DNA of 62,730 nucleotides, the filler included, from Basidiobolus ranarum (taxonomy: Eukaryota), in assembly GCA_040143965.1 (NCBI GenBank). It is 8 parts of 8 records of this genome, joined end to end, with 100 filler letters (N's around TTAATTAATTAA, not from the genome) between each part and the next. Parts side by side here need not be neighbours in the genome. Positions count along the whole stretch, not along the records: positions 1 to 7,777 come from JASJQH010007941.1; positions 7,878 to 15,650 come from JASJQH010007942.1; 6 more parts are not named here. One strand, 5' to 3'. The notes under the pieces are model-generated. The model was not told the DNA's origin, did no database searches, and worked only from the letters and a program-made list of their open reading frames with translations. Below are positions 1-11,057 of the stretch, piece after piece (the first letter of the stretch is position 1; every line of letters starts with the position of its first letter). The position numbers were made by a program, and so were the translations under genes.

Positions 1-231
1 CTAAGTAAATTCCTTATGAGAATAATGGATAATATCTTAGTGAATTATAAGATAACCAAGTACTAAGCTATATATGACTATATAGGTGTTTAGGCAATGC
101 TAATTTCAACAGAAAGATAATACAACTAAATTCCGATTGAGAATAATGGGTGATATCTTTGTGAAATATGGAGTAACTAAATATTAAGCTATATGTGACT
201 ATATAGGTGTTTAGGTTATATTTGTTTCAAC
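1..231 (-). mobile_element. Two partial copia family-A LTRs (young copy 1-111 abutting an older copy 112-231)
   Basis: Both pieces end in ...TTTCAACA (111, 231) and match the LTR seen complete at 25093-25440 and 27756-28103. Confidence 0.85.
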
Positions 232-701
232 AGGATATTGGAGCTTTATCACCAAGGCTATTCATATATAGCAGCCAAAGAAGGTTACAATTTGTCAAGG
301 AGTATAAAGCCTGCCTAGAGAATATAAGTATATATAGAATCTAACAGTAGAGATGCTAAATACTGGTGACTTTGAGGGCTGTATGAATTTTTTATCTAAA
401 AATACTCAAACATGTTGCTTGAATTAAAATCATACTATTTATTGGGGATAAGTACTAATTGCTTATGTAAATTACACGTCAACGATTGCATTCATTTTCG
501 ACAATGACTGGCCTGCTAAAATCATCGGCTTTCATTTGAAGTCAGATAGGGATCTAAATAGTGTCGTCATTGATCGATCAATTTAGTAAATGTTGAAAAT
601 ACAATGTATGTAAATAATCACGCACAACCGGCCAAGATATATTCAAGTGAGGCTTCATATTGAGTCAGAATTCTCACCTCAAGAGTGGAACTAAGAATCG
701 G

Positions 702-1790
702 ATGACTTCTAGCAATATTCCACTTCTATCACGATTTCGTAGTACCGTCACTTCTTTATTTAAAGATGTTATTAGTGGAAGTCATTTCCATAAAGTTGTT
801 AAAAGCAATACCAGATCACCAAATAATACTACAGCCAAAGCCTTGAAGCTTGACAACAAGAAAAGCATCATTTCACAAGAGGAGTACTTTATACGACCTA
901 TTTATCTGGCACCGCGATATCCCATAGCTTTATGTCACGGTTTATTTGGGTTTGATACGATAGGACCACAACTTGTTCCTAACTTACAAATTCACTACTG
1001 GCGTGGAATCCCTGAGGCTCTACAACAGTTGGGTGCACGTGTGGTCATAACTAAAGTCTCAAGTATTGGAAGTATTCATGACCGTGCGCTAGCACTTGAC
1101 GAGGTATTAAAGAAAACTTTAAGTCAAGAGCATGTCAACCTAATAGGACATTCCATGGGTGGTTTGGATGCTCGATACCTAGTGACTCACCTTAAACCTC
1201 AAAATTATACAGTATCTTCGATAACGACAATTGGAACACCGCACCGTGGAAGTTCTTTCATGGATTTCTGTCGAGATTACACTGGTTTGGGCACGTTAGA
1301 GCAAAAGATAACTGAAGAGATGGAAAAGAATGAACCAAGCAAGTTCCAAAATACATCAGATTCGGTGTTCAAATTTTCAGGACAATTCATCACACCTTTC
1401 CTTCGTTGGCATAGATTCTTGAACTACGCAAAAAGTTGGCTAGATTATCCAGCATATTCTAATTTAACCACCGACTACTTGATAGATCATTTCAATCCTA
1501 ATACGCCTAACCATCCAGATGTCAAATATTATTCCTACGCCGGAGATCCTGAAAAAATGTCCATATTCTCACCTCTTCGAGGACCTTGGGAGGTCATTCG
1601 AAGTCGAGAGGGACCTAACGATGGACTAGTTAGTGTAAATTCGGCCAAATGGGGGGAGTTTGTCGAAACTGTCCCCGCAAATCATCTAGATTTGAGCAAT
1701 GTATGGAAACCGCAGCTTACTTCACCATCCTTCGATCCGATTGAATTTTATTTGCGCATGGCCACGTTTTTGAACAGACAAGGGTTTTAG
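702..1790 (+). CDS. Alpha/beta-hydrolase triacylglycerol lipase, TGL2-like
   Basis: Intronless ORF with LCHGLFGFD oxyanion motif, GHSMGG nucleophile elbow, TPHRGS, NDGLVS and NHLD; first ATG at 702. Confidence 0.88.
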   Translation: MTSSNIPLLSRFRSTVTSLFKDVISGSHFHKVVKSNTRSPNNTTAKALKLDNKKSIISQEEYFIRPIYLAPRYPIALCHGLFGFDTIGPQLVPNLQIHYWRGIPEALQQLGARVVITKVSSIGSIHDRALALDEVLKKTLSQEHVNLIGHSMGGLDARYLVTHLKPQNYTVSSITTIGTPHRGSSFMDFCRDYTGLGTLEQKITEEMEKNEPSKFQNTSDSVFKFSGQFITPFLRWHRFLNYAKSWLDYPAYSNLTTDYLIDHFNPNTPNHPDVKYYSYAGDPEKMSIFSPLRGPWEVIRSREGPNDGLVSVNSAKWGEFVETVPANHLDLSNVWKPQLTSPSFDPIEFYLRMATFLNRQGF

Positions 1791-1978
1791 ATGAAACACT
1801 GTACATATTTATGAACATATATATATACAATTCTTTTGTTCATCCTCACTGCTCCATAAAATCAAATGAATCATCATTAAACACTCCAATCGAGAACCTT
1901 AAATGCATATAATATTATATATTCCAAACGATACAGTTTATTGTTGTAGAATAGGGCAGATAACTATCTAAACGAGAA

Positions 1979-2530
1979 TTATTGACGGCTAGCGACCAAA
2001 GCCTTACGAGCAAGTTGACGCTTGTTGAGCTTCTTACCCTGACCATCATCTTCACGCTTGACAGTGGAGTCTTCCTCGGCAACGATGATTTCGATGTGAC
2101 AAGGGCTGCTCATGTAGGGATTGATTCTACCGTGAGCACGGTAAGTACGTCTACGTTGCTTGGGAGCTTGGTTGACTTGGACGTGCTTGATGATCAATTC
2201 TTCAGTGTCCAAACCCTTGTTCTCAGCATTGCTTTCGGCATTCTTAAGAAGACCCAACAAGAACTCGGCACTCTTAACAGGCCAGCGACCCTTGGTAGTT
2301 CCAAAAGCCTTGGCTTGAGCACAACGACCAATTCCACCGGCAAAACGACGGAATGGAATGCATTGCTTATGTTCCTTAACATCACCAAGATAACTGATGG
2401 CCTTTTGCAATTTCATACCAGAGATGGCAGCAGCGGCTTCACGGGTATTCTTGAAGTGAACACGAAGGTAGGAACCACGAGTTTGAGCAGACTTAGCGCT
2501 GTTGGCGGGGGTGGCGGCGTATCTAACCAT
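1979..2530 (-). CDS. RPL17: 60S ribosomal protein L17 (uL22)
   Basis: 183 aa with [18 protein letters not shown] and [22 protein letters not shown]. Confidence 0.98.
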   Translation of the reverse strand: MVRYAATPANSAKSAQTRGSYLRVHFKNTREAAAAISGMKLQKAISYLGDVKEHKQCIPFRRFAGGIGRCAQAKAFGTTKGRWPVKSAEFLLGLLKNAESNAENKGLDTEELIIKHVQVNQAPKQRRRTYRAHGRINPYMSSPCHIEIIVAEEDSTVKREDDGQGKKLNKRQLARKALVASRQ

Positions 2531-3060
2531 ATTAAAATATCTGACCTACAATCATGCCAAAGATGAGTTAGAAAGCTTGCAAACAGGCATTCTGATCATT
2601 GAGAAGAAACAGAAATTGGATGGATGCCGAGATCCGTTCAATAGATACATTGCAGTCGAGATGTTTTACAGGAACTTTGGGTCAAGTCATGGTAACATTT
2701 CTTATTCGACAAATAGTATCTTCGAGATTTTCGTTTTAAAGTACACTAAAGAAATATATGGAAATTTACCTACAAAACTACGCTCCGAGACCGGAAAGAG
2801 AACGAGTCTTATGCAGAGTGATGAACTATATCTGAACATCCAGAAAATTTCTATTCATTAACTGGCTCGGTTGCGATGCTATGTTCAGTGATTTAAAAAA
2901 TTCATAGGATGATAAAGAAACGATCAAACCAAATTTGAAGTTAATCAAGAATAGTTGGTTAAAGTAATGTTACATAATCTATTAGATTGGTTAGAATACT
3001 CACTATGGACAAAAGTCTCTCAAGCAATAACTTTCCCCTTCAGCTCTATACCTATTCATA

Positions 3061-4402
3061 ATGGATCCTTTTTCACTTCACAATTGGGAAGACATTACTC
3101 CCATAAAACAAGATGACGGACCCAATCCCTTAGCACCGATAGCTTACGCACCTGACTGTATGTACTTTTTGGTATTCCTTTTAGTGGCTTGTATTTACGT
3201 TGTTTCAACTAGATGTGAATGCGATGGATTATTACCGTGCACTTGCCAAGGTAGAGGAAATATCTGAACGAGCTTTGGATCTAACCTCCTACATTATTGA
3301 GATGAATCCGGCTCACTACACTGTTTGGTATTGAAATACTACGAAATGATATCTTTCAACTGTTGAGTCGCATATTGAAACTGTCAATCTCTTCTAGGAT
3401 TTATCGTGAAAAGTTGTTGTTTGCTCTGAATAAGGACCTAACGGAAGAACTGGATTTCATTGACGAGTTCGCTGAGGAAAACCCGAAATGCTATCAATTA
3501 TGGTATGTAGCAGTTTATATGGCTCGTAGAGTATTATTTAAACTTTGAATAGGCATCATCGACAAGCTGTTGTGGATAAATTGGGGGACCCAAGTAGAGA
3601 GCTGAACTTTATCAATGGTATCTTGGCTGACGACTCGAAAAATTATCATGCATGGAGCTATAGGTGAGTTCTGTGTGTACTCTTTCTATTGATCACCCTA
3701 TTGATTTAAAGTTCACAAATATAAAAATTTAGGCAATGGGTTAATGCTCACTTCGAACTCTGGGACCAAGAGCTCAGCGATATCGACTCTTTGCTAGCAG
3801 CCGATATTCGAAATAACTCTGCATGGAATCAAAGATTCTTCGTACTTACCAAAGGGCCAAATAAGCTTACTACAGAAACCATTGAAAGCGAAATTCCGTT
3901 AGTATGAACTAGTTCAATAGACTTCTTGAACAGTAGGGACTTATATTCTTAAACAATCTAGCTATGTTATTTCTAAAATTCGTCTGGCGCCTCACAACGA
4001 AAGTCCTTGGACATACCTTCGAGGGTAGAAAGAATTCTATATCATTGACTGACCGATTGATCACTAACTGTTGATTGTTGTTTGTGGTTTAGAATCATTG
4101 AGTACACTGGATACGAAAAGCTAGATTTCATTGGGGATCTTTGTCAAGAGTTAAAGGATTCGCAATCTCCGTACATGTTCGGTACCTTGGTGGATATTTG
4201 TGAAAAGAAAGCGCGCAAAGGTGACAAGCAGTCAATTGATTTAGGTGTTGCTGTAAGTCATCTACTCTATGGTTAATTTTATGTAGTAAGGGAACTAACC
4301 TGTGTATCTTAGACGTGTGAAAGACTTGCCAACCATTTCGATATTATTCGAAAGAAATACTGGCTCTACAGAAAGGAGCACTTTTTATCTATTGCTTGCT
4401 AA
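3061..4402 (+). CDS. RAM2: Farnesyltransferase/GGTase-I alpha subunit (multi-exon)
   Basis: Spliced reading gives QDDGPNPLAPIAY..YVNAMDYYRA, NPAHYTVW, NPKCYQLW, SKNYHAWSY, RNNSAWNQR, PHNESPWTY, DIIRKKYW (PFTA repeats); about 7 short GT-AG introns; TAA at 4400-4402. Confidence 0.93.
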
Positions 4403-4588
4403 TTTGCCACACCTTGAACCCACTTGAAGCATCCATAAACGATGATTTAGTCCAATAAATCCAACTTATGTATAGTTTAAAAGATTGGTGTCTATTTTGT
4501 TACCATCTTAGCTTATAGCTGCTACAGTGAGCAGAGAACGGCACACTAGCTGTATGTACATACTACTTTGATATACTTGGAAGGTCAG

Positions 4589-5665
4589 TTATTGGGCCAT
4601 GGATTTATTTCTTGACAGGATTTCAGTTAATAAAGCAATGTAACAGAACTCGTATTGTTTTACAGTTTGAACCATACTTCGTCGTTGGGAACGCAATTTC
4701 ACAACAATATCGAAGACCAGATCGATACTGTGATCCGAAATTTTAGGTAGAAGCGATAATGCACTATTGATCGTACAAAAAGTCCCGGTTCTGCCACAAC
4801 CTGCACTACAATGTACAACCATTGGCCCACACTTGAAACCATTCTTGCCACTTTCTAGAGTGGATTCTTGTTGCTTCTGGTTCGTTAATTTAATCAAATT
4901 TAGAATGGTTTGTGGATGTGATTGAATACCATGATCTGGCCAGTCTAAGGTGTGATACTGGGTAACCGTAAGCTCTCCAACGCATCCTTGGGTGGGAGTA
5001 TTAAGAATAAGACGTAGTGTACGAACTACCCAGTTCTCTTCAGCAATATGATCTTCACGTAATAAATGCACGGTTAAACCTAATCCTGGGAAATATAATG
5101 AAAGTTGGGTGGAAGTAGGCCAATAAGGTTCACATTTTACTCGACCAGCTTCGAACACCTTAGTCAACATAACGATAACTTGAGATTTTTGTTTCCAAAT
5201 CAATTGTCAAAAATCCTTCACGGTATTCGGTTTAGGTCCTTGAGTGACTATATATTCTCGAGGACTATTAGGTAGTTGGATATAACTGGCATTTATATAA
5301 TCGCTATCGTTTATTCCCACTTTCTTTAACTTCACTCTATTACGGTCGTAGGGAACAATATCGGAGTATCGGTTTTTCGAAACATTGTATTCCTCGTAAG
5401 CATATAGATTACAATAAGGATGGTTGGGTGTATTGCATGCTTTCAAATGATTCCCTTCTATCTGGTTAATCTTGGCATATTTCTTTGAAAGTATACGTAA
5501 AGAGGGTTCTAAATCCTCAGTAACCTCTTGTAAAAATTGGGGTAGGTTCTTGTTTAGTGGTTGGTTTTTGGAGTTCCCTTTGGAAAAGCAAATAAACGGA
5601 TAATACCAACAGACAACCATTACGATTACTATCACCATCGACATCACCATAACCATAACCATCAT
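4589..5665 (-). CDS. Classical protein tyrosine phosphatase with one in-frame TGA (5207-5209); 5' end unresolved
   Basis: ORFs 5207-5665 and 4589-5203 share one frame: KNRY, DYINAS, TQGP, DF*QLIW, KCEPYWP, WPDHG, VHCSAGCGRTG, QRRSMVQTVKQY. Likely splice acceptor near 5578. Confidence 0.9.
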
Positions 5666-7059
5666 TGGTTAGAGATCGTCGAAAAAGGAGTAGAACCCAA
5701 TTATGGGATTCATTTGATTTCTCCATGAAAATCTATCAAGCCATAAGAGCAATAGAATCAACAAAAACCATTTACCGTGATTATATAGTTTTTACTCACC
5801 TAGCCCTAGAACCAACCTAATCTAACCCTAGCCCCCAGCCTACTGACATCATAACAATAACACTAGATAAATTATCTACATATCTCTACCGTAAACTAGG
5901 GATATGCTGAAGAATCACTACCCCTGACCCAAAGGTCTAATATAGGAGCAGTGAAAGATCTCTTGCTACATGTTTAATAACGCCAGATAAGCTAATATTC
6001 GATACGTCTAGTAGCCAATGGATTCTACGATTGACTGGGGTGTGACTTGATCTAGAGAACGGACGATGCTTATTGGGCACGTTTGCTGACATTGTTGTTT
6101 CTCCTCTCCTAGTGGGTGTATCTAAGGGTGTATCAGGTGAGAGATTCTGGGCCTAATAGTGATCTTCAAGTTGAACACTTCTAGAAACAACGGATCCAAA
6201 GAAGCGATTCTAGCGATCAGAGAGATTAAGATGATTCAAGCCAAGGTCCTTTTAAAATACCAGTTCCTGCTGAAACCATGGGACATTCATTTATGTGCAC
6301 ATGCGAAACATAGTCGAATCCAAGCCATTCTCACTGCTACATTTCAATTGTTAGTTTAACGGAATTTGGGCAATCCCATCAGATACGATACAAACCACCC
6401 TCCTAACCCTAACCCTGGCTCTTCCTCATTCCCATTCCCATTCCCTTACCTTTACCCGCATCCAAGGTATTAGGTATTAATCAAGTAACTCAAAGCTACT
6501 CATTCCCCCTAACCCCCAAATCTAGACGCTGCTAGAAACAAACGTGGTTGAATTTATGCTAATGGATGAGCACCCTAACCCTAATCCTCCATTACGTCGG
6601 AGTTCTGGTTGAAAGGAGTGTTATTGAATGTTACTATGTATGCAGCATTTAACTAAAGTATGTGTTCGATAGCTGGTATACATAACATCAAAGACGTTGG
6701 ATGCTTGACAGTATCACTCAGACTTTACTTGACTTAGTCCAGACTAGGAGTCTATCAAAGGGATCTTCTAAGATCACCCGATTTAAAAAGGTTATCCGAT
6801 AACATCTTACTACTCATTTGTACTGCAACTCCACCCCACTTCATAATATAACATCCCTTGGATCCGGATTTGATTTTTATGTAACCTATAAAAACCATGG
6901 TAACTCTGTATGTGAATGAGGCTTGTGAAAAATAGTTACTCCTCTTTAGACTTGGTGTTAGTAATCTTTCACCCTTCACAATATTTCTTTGCTTTGGTTG
7001 AAATTTCCTTTTCAATAACTCCATCGAGAATTTGATCAACTATATACCCTCCCTCTCAC

Positions 7060-7777
7060 ATGTATCCTACCTCCGAACCAGAGCCGGTGAAGTCTTCGAC
7101 TTGGCCAAAAAGAAGAGTGTCCCTACGCTCTTCTTCCTCCAACCCGCTCCTACAGACGCCCAGGTCTCCAGAGTCAGTTAGGTATGCCAAAGAGGCCACC
7201 GGGCATGGTTTAGAGAATGCCCCACCCACCCCAGAGGCCAAAAATTCAACTGAGCATTCTCATAAGCCAGCAGGGGAACTGAATGATCCATTTAAAAGTA
7301 CGAAAACAATCGTACGAAATGTGACCAAGGATGGAGTCAAAGAGGTTGTAAGGTCTAGAAAGCCCATATTATCTATACCTATTCCCCCACCACTGGTACG
7401 AAAGAAGAGTGGTGAGGTGGTAAAATCGGCTTTAAAAGGAAGAGTTCGTTCTATGCCCACAACCCCTACTAAATTTGTCCACTTCGGTGCCAAGTTGGAG
7501 CATGTTAAGCTATTTCAAAAGGAACAAAAACCCGAGTCCATCTCCAATCCAGTCTCGGACGACGAAGATGGTTATTCCTCTGACGATGACACAGAGTATG
7601 AACTTACTATAAGACTTCCCAACTTCCCCCCTCCCATCTTCTCTAGGTCTATCTACAACTCCAAGACCATCTCGGTCGATAAAATCTTGTTATCAGAGGA
7701 CAAACAAGACCTCATGGGTACCCTTCAAATACAAAATTTATCCTTTCGAAAGGTAGTTGCCATTCGATATACTTTTG
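7060..7777 (+). CDS. PP1 glycogen-targeting regulatory subunit (CBM21), 3'-truncated by contig end
   Basis: RKKSGEVVKSALK, RVxF-type KFVHF motif, and start of CBM21 (GTLQIQNLSFRKVVAIRYTF). Confidence 0.85.
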
Positions 7778-7877
7778 NNNNNNNNNNNNNNNNNNNNNNN
7801 NNNNNNNNNNNNNNNNNNNNNTTAATTAATTAANNNNNNNNNNNNNNNNNNNNNNNNNNNNNNNNNNNNNNNNNNNN
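7778..7877. other. Artificial contig spacer (N44-TTAATTAATTAA-N44)
   Basis: Identical 100-bp spacer with stops in all frames; recurs 7 times. Confidence 0.99.
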
Positions 7878-8228
7878 CCAAGATATTAGATGACTAATTC
7901 TGATAAAAGAAAATGTGATTGGATAGATAGATAGATAGATAAGTGAGTCATGCATCAGCTGAAGTCTTGGCAGTGAAAGATCATTGGTTATGAATCTTGT
8001 GACTCATATTGACTTGTGTCTAGGCAGATGACTCAGAGGTTAATACTGATTGGATAATGATCATGTGATAGGTCATATGATCTGATAGAAGGGATAAGCA
8101 AATAGATAGTTAGTCAGGTGATAGGTCACATGATAAAGTCACTGGATAAGGTCAGGTGACTAGTTAGCAAGAATGATAAACTAAACAGATATTCATGCAA
8201 GTTGTATAGATATGGCGTAAGTTAAACA
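7878..8228. repeat. Probable LTR remnant of another retroelement family, with a (GATA)n tract
   Basis: Repeated TCATGTGA/TCACATGA/GGTCAGGTGA motifs, GATA microsatellite at about 7922-7941, ends ...AAACA; almost no CpG. Confidence 0.35.
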
Positions 8229-9138
8229 ACTTTGTATGTTGGTGCACAACAAGATCCCTCTTAGTAAACCCTTTGTAAATAATGCGTATATGTACAGGCT
8301 AAATATTGACTAGGTTACCAGTACTGGGGTATTAGTTGAGTACCACTAGCAATACCTCTCCACTGGAAATTCACCAAGAATCAGCTTTTTTGTAGAACAT
8401 ATTTTTGAATTCTGGCACTTGACCCATATATCATACTTGTAAGGATAGGCATACCATTCCTCTAAAATATAAAAGACTCTATCTCCATCAATGACTTCTG
8501 TCCTCAACTTACAAAGAACCGTGGATAATGGGAATTGATTATATCTAATGAAATTAGCTATCTATTTTTGGATAAAACTCTAATATTTTGAGACTAAAAG
8601 CTCATGTACTTTTGAGGATTATCTCAATCTTATCAATATGGAATAGAGCATACCCAAATTCCATCCGAACTAAGGCTTTTTACAATGAGACAAGAGTAAT
8701 AATGATTCATAAGCCTTAGGGCTAAAGGACCCTTGAATATATGGCAAGCAACTTACTAACTTCACAGATGGATACACTTTACTAGGAGAGGTAGATCTAT
8801 CCTTAGCATAGACAATACAAGTGCTTTTCTTGCAAAGTGTACTAGGCATTTATTGGAAGTGAGATAATTTTTGTTTGGGCACAGTCTTTGTAACAAAAGT
8901 TACAGATATGTACTTTTACAATACAGTATCCCCTTCTGATATGTTGAGTGTATATTAAGTTGAAGTTTGAATAAAGTTGTTTTTTTAATGCAACATTTAT
9001 TCTATCTGCGTTTAATCCTCCCCAAAATCTGCATATAGAGCCAATAAAATATACGAAGAGCAATAGAAATAGCATTTGATTAAATAGGCTTAGTTCCTTA
9101 TGTTACGAGCAGCTTAGCAACGAATAAATTGGATCCCT

Positions 9139-10366
9139 CTACAATATACTATCCATCTTACTCAGCACATCTAGAACAGATGCCACCACTTCTAAGCTTC
9201 CCTTGGTATACCCACACCCTTCACATGCTTCATACAGACTTTTCGCGCTTCCATTCCCTGGCCACACTCCGAACATTCGAAAGTAATCCTCAACCTTGTC
9301 AAAGCATTTCTCCCTTTCTTCTAGATTCATAGACCACAATGCATTCTCCAGTACGTTGGCAGCGTATGAGCTACAAATTAAGGCGATTGTGCGTAATTGT
9401 AAAACGGGTTTAAAGTTTTCATCAAAGCGATCAAGGTTTGAAGTGACGAGTACCTTGTCCGACTTCATTAACAGTGAACTGCAGACTCTCTTTACGATCT
9501 CTTCTTTAATCACAGGATCGCTAACTGGGTGAGTAGCCATATCAAAGATGAAGAAACTTCGTTTTTCCGTTCGTAAGACTCCTTTATCGACCAAACCTTT
9601 GGCAAGACGTTCACGTACTTGTTTCAATTGATAATTCACTTTAGTCAAGTTCCAAGTTTCACCTATTAGCAGAGAAGAAAGTAATTTAATAACAGGGAGA
9701 GTGGATTTTCTTGACTGATTGTAAAGAGATATCAGAGCAATGGTGTACAGAAATGATTCGTTTACCACTCATATAATCGATCCAATCATTAATACTGAGT
9801 TGTTCGTTGGAGCTCTTCATCAGTTTAATGGTTTCATCCAAAAGTACTTCTCCTGTAAGACTTGAATCAACTAGTTCGACAAGTTTATCACTCAGCCTAG
9901 TATAAATGTAAGTGCCATCTTTTACTATTGAGATTCTATTGCGTAATGCCAATTCTAGCATAATGCAGCCACGTAAAGCGTAACTAATGTTATCGTTCCA
10001 AAAAGAAAGATAACCCTGAAATATGAAGTTAATTGAGTTAAGAATATTTAGTTCTCATTTCAAAAGGGTTATTTAACCTCACTTCTACCGGCAGTCGAGT
10101 AATATCCCTTTCCGTTAAGTGAAGGAGAGTGGAGGCTTATAAAAAGAAAATACCTGCTTATCTTTTAACCCCAGTAACAGTACTTCTTCCATGAGTGTAA
10201 GTTTAGGTGAAGCATGGTCAAAATCTTTTCCACTTTTTGGTGTTTTAATAGTGCTAACCGAGGGGGGACGGTGTAAAGTTTGTGATATTTCCTCTAAATG
10301 GTCACCTGAAAAACCAGGATTATTCCCTGCTACACGACGACGCTGTAAACCTCCACTTGAAGTCAT
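9139..10366 (-). CDS. VPS74: Golgi phosphoprotein 3 / Vps74 (3 exons)
   Basis: GLQRRR N-terminus, [66 protein letters not shown]. Confidence 0.96.
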
Positions 10367-11057
10367 GAATGTTTATATACAGATATTATTAGATTCAAAA
10401 CAAAAATATCCCCGGTTTATATTTCAGGCAAAGAAGTTCAATTTTAGGGTAGGTGAAGGGAAATATACAAAATAGCCCACAAGTTGTTTGCTTCAAGTGT
10501 AGTGAATCTAAAAGGTCTCAAAGGAACTATTCTAAGAGAATGGATTTTCTGATCGACTTTTTCAAGACAAATCGATCTTTTAAATAAAAATGAATCAAGT
10601 AACTGGTCAAAATACAACCGAAATCGTTCCCACAGCCGTCTTCCCTTCAAATTACCTAATACCACTTTCCATTAGCTAAAGAAGGCATGGTAGCTATTAC
10701 ATGGAAGTGTCAAAATATTGGTAAAGCCTCAGTCATTGGGTGTAGTTAACGGCGAGAAGAGGACCTGGAGTACACTACGTAATGAACTCGTTAAAGGAAA
10801 TACCTACGACATTGCAAGGCCATATTTGGTATATGGTAATACACAGGTTGAGTGCGATTTTTCTTGGCTGCATTGGCATACATGCCTCTAACGCCGTTAC
10901 ATGAAGTATGCCATGCATAGTTTGCATTGGTCTGAATTAGATCTATGATACATACGGCCACCAAGTATTAATAATACTCATTTCTAAATATAGTTGAACA
11001 TTTTATTAAAAATCCAAAGTAAGATTCATAATAAAAAAGAACGGATTACACCTAAAA

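Noticed and set aside
1982-2566. Long antisense ORFs over RPL17 (also over RPL10, H2A and thiolase)
   Set aside because: Shadow ORFs produced by codon bias of highly expressed genes; no independent motifs.
5207-5209. TGA as selenocysteine or a genome-wide UGA=Trp code
   Set aside because: The aligned residue is Trp, not Cys. Other genes here use TGG for Trp, and no other host gene showed an internal TGA.
7822-7833. Recurrent TTAATTAATTAA palindrome
   Set aside because: Artificial all-frame-stop linker centred in N runs; not biological.
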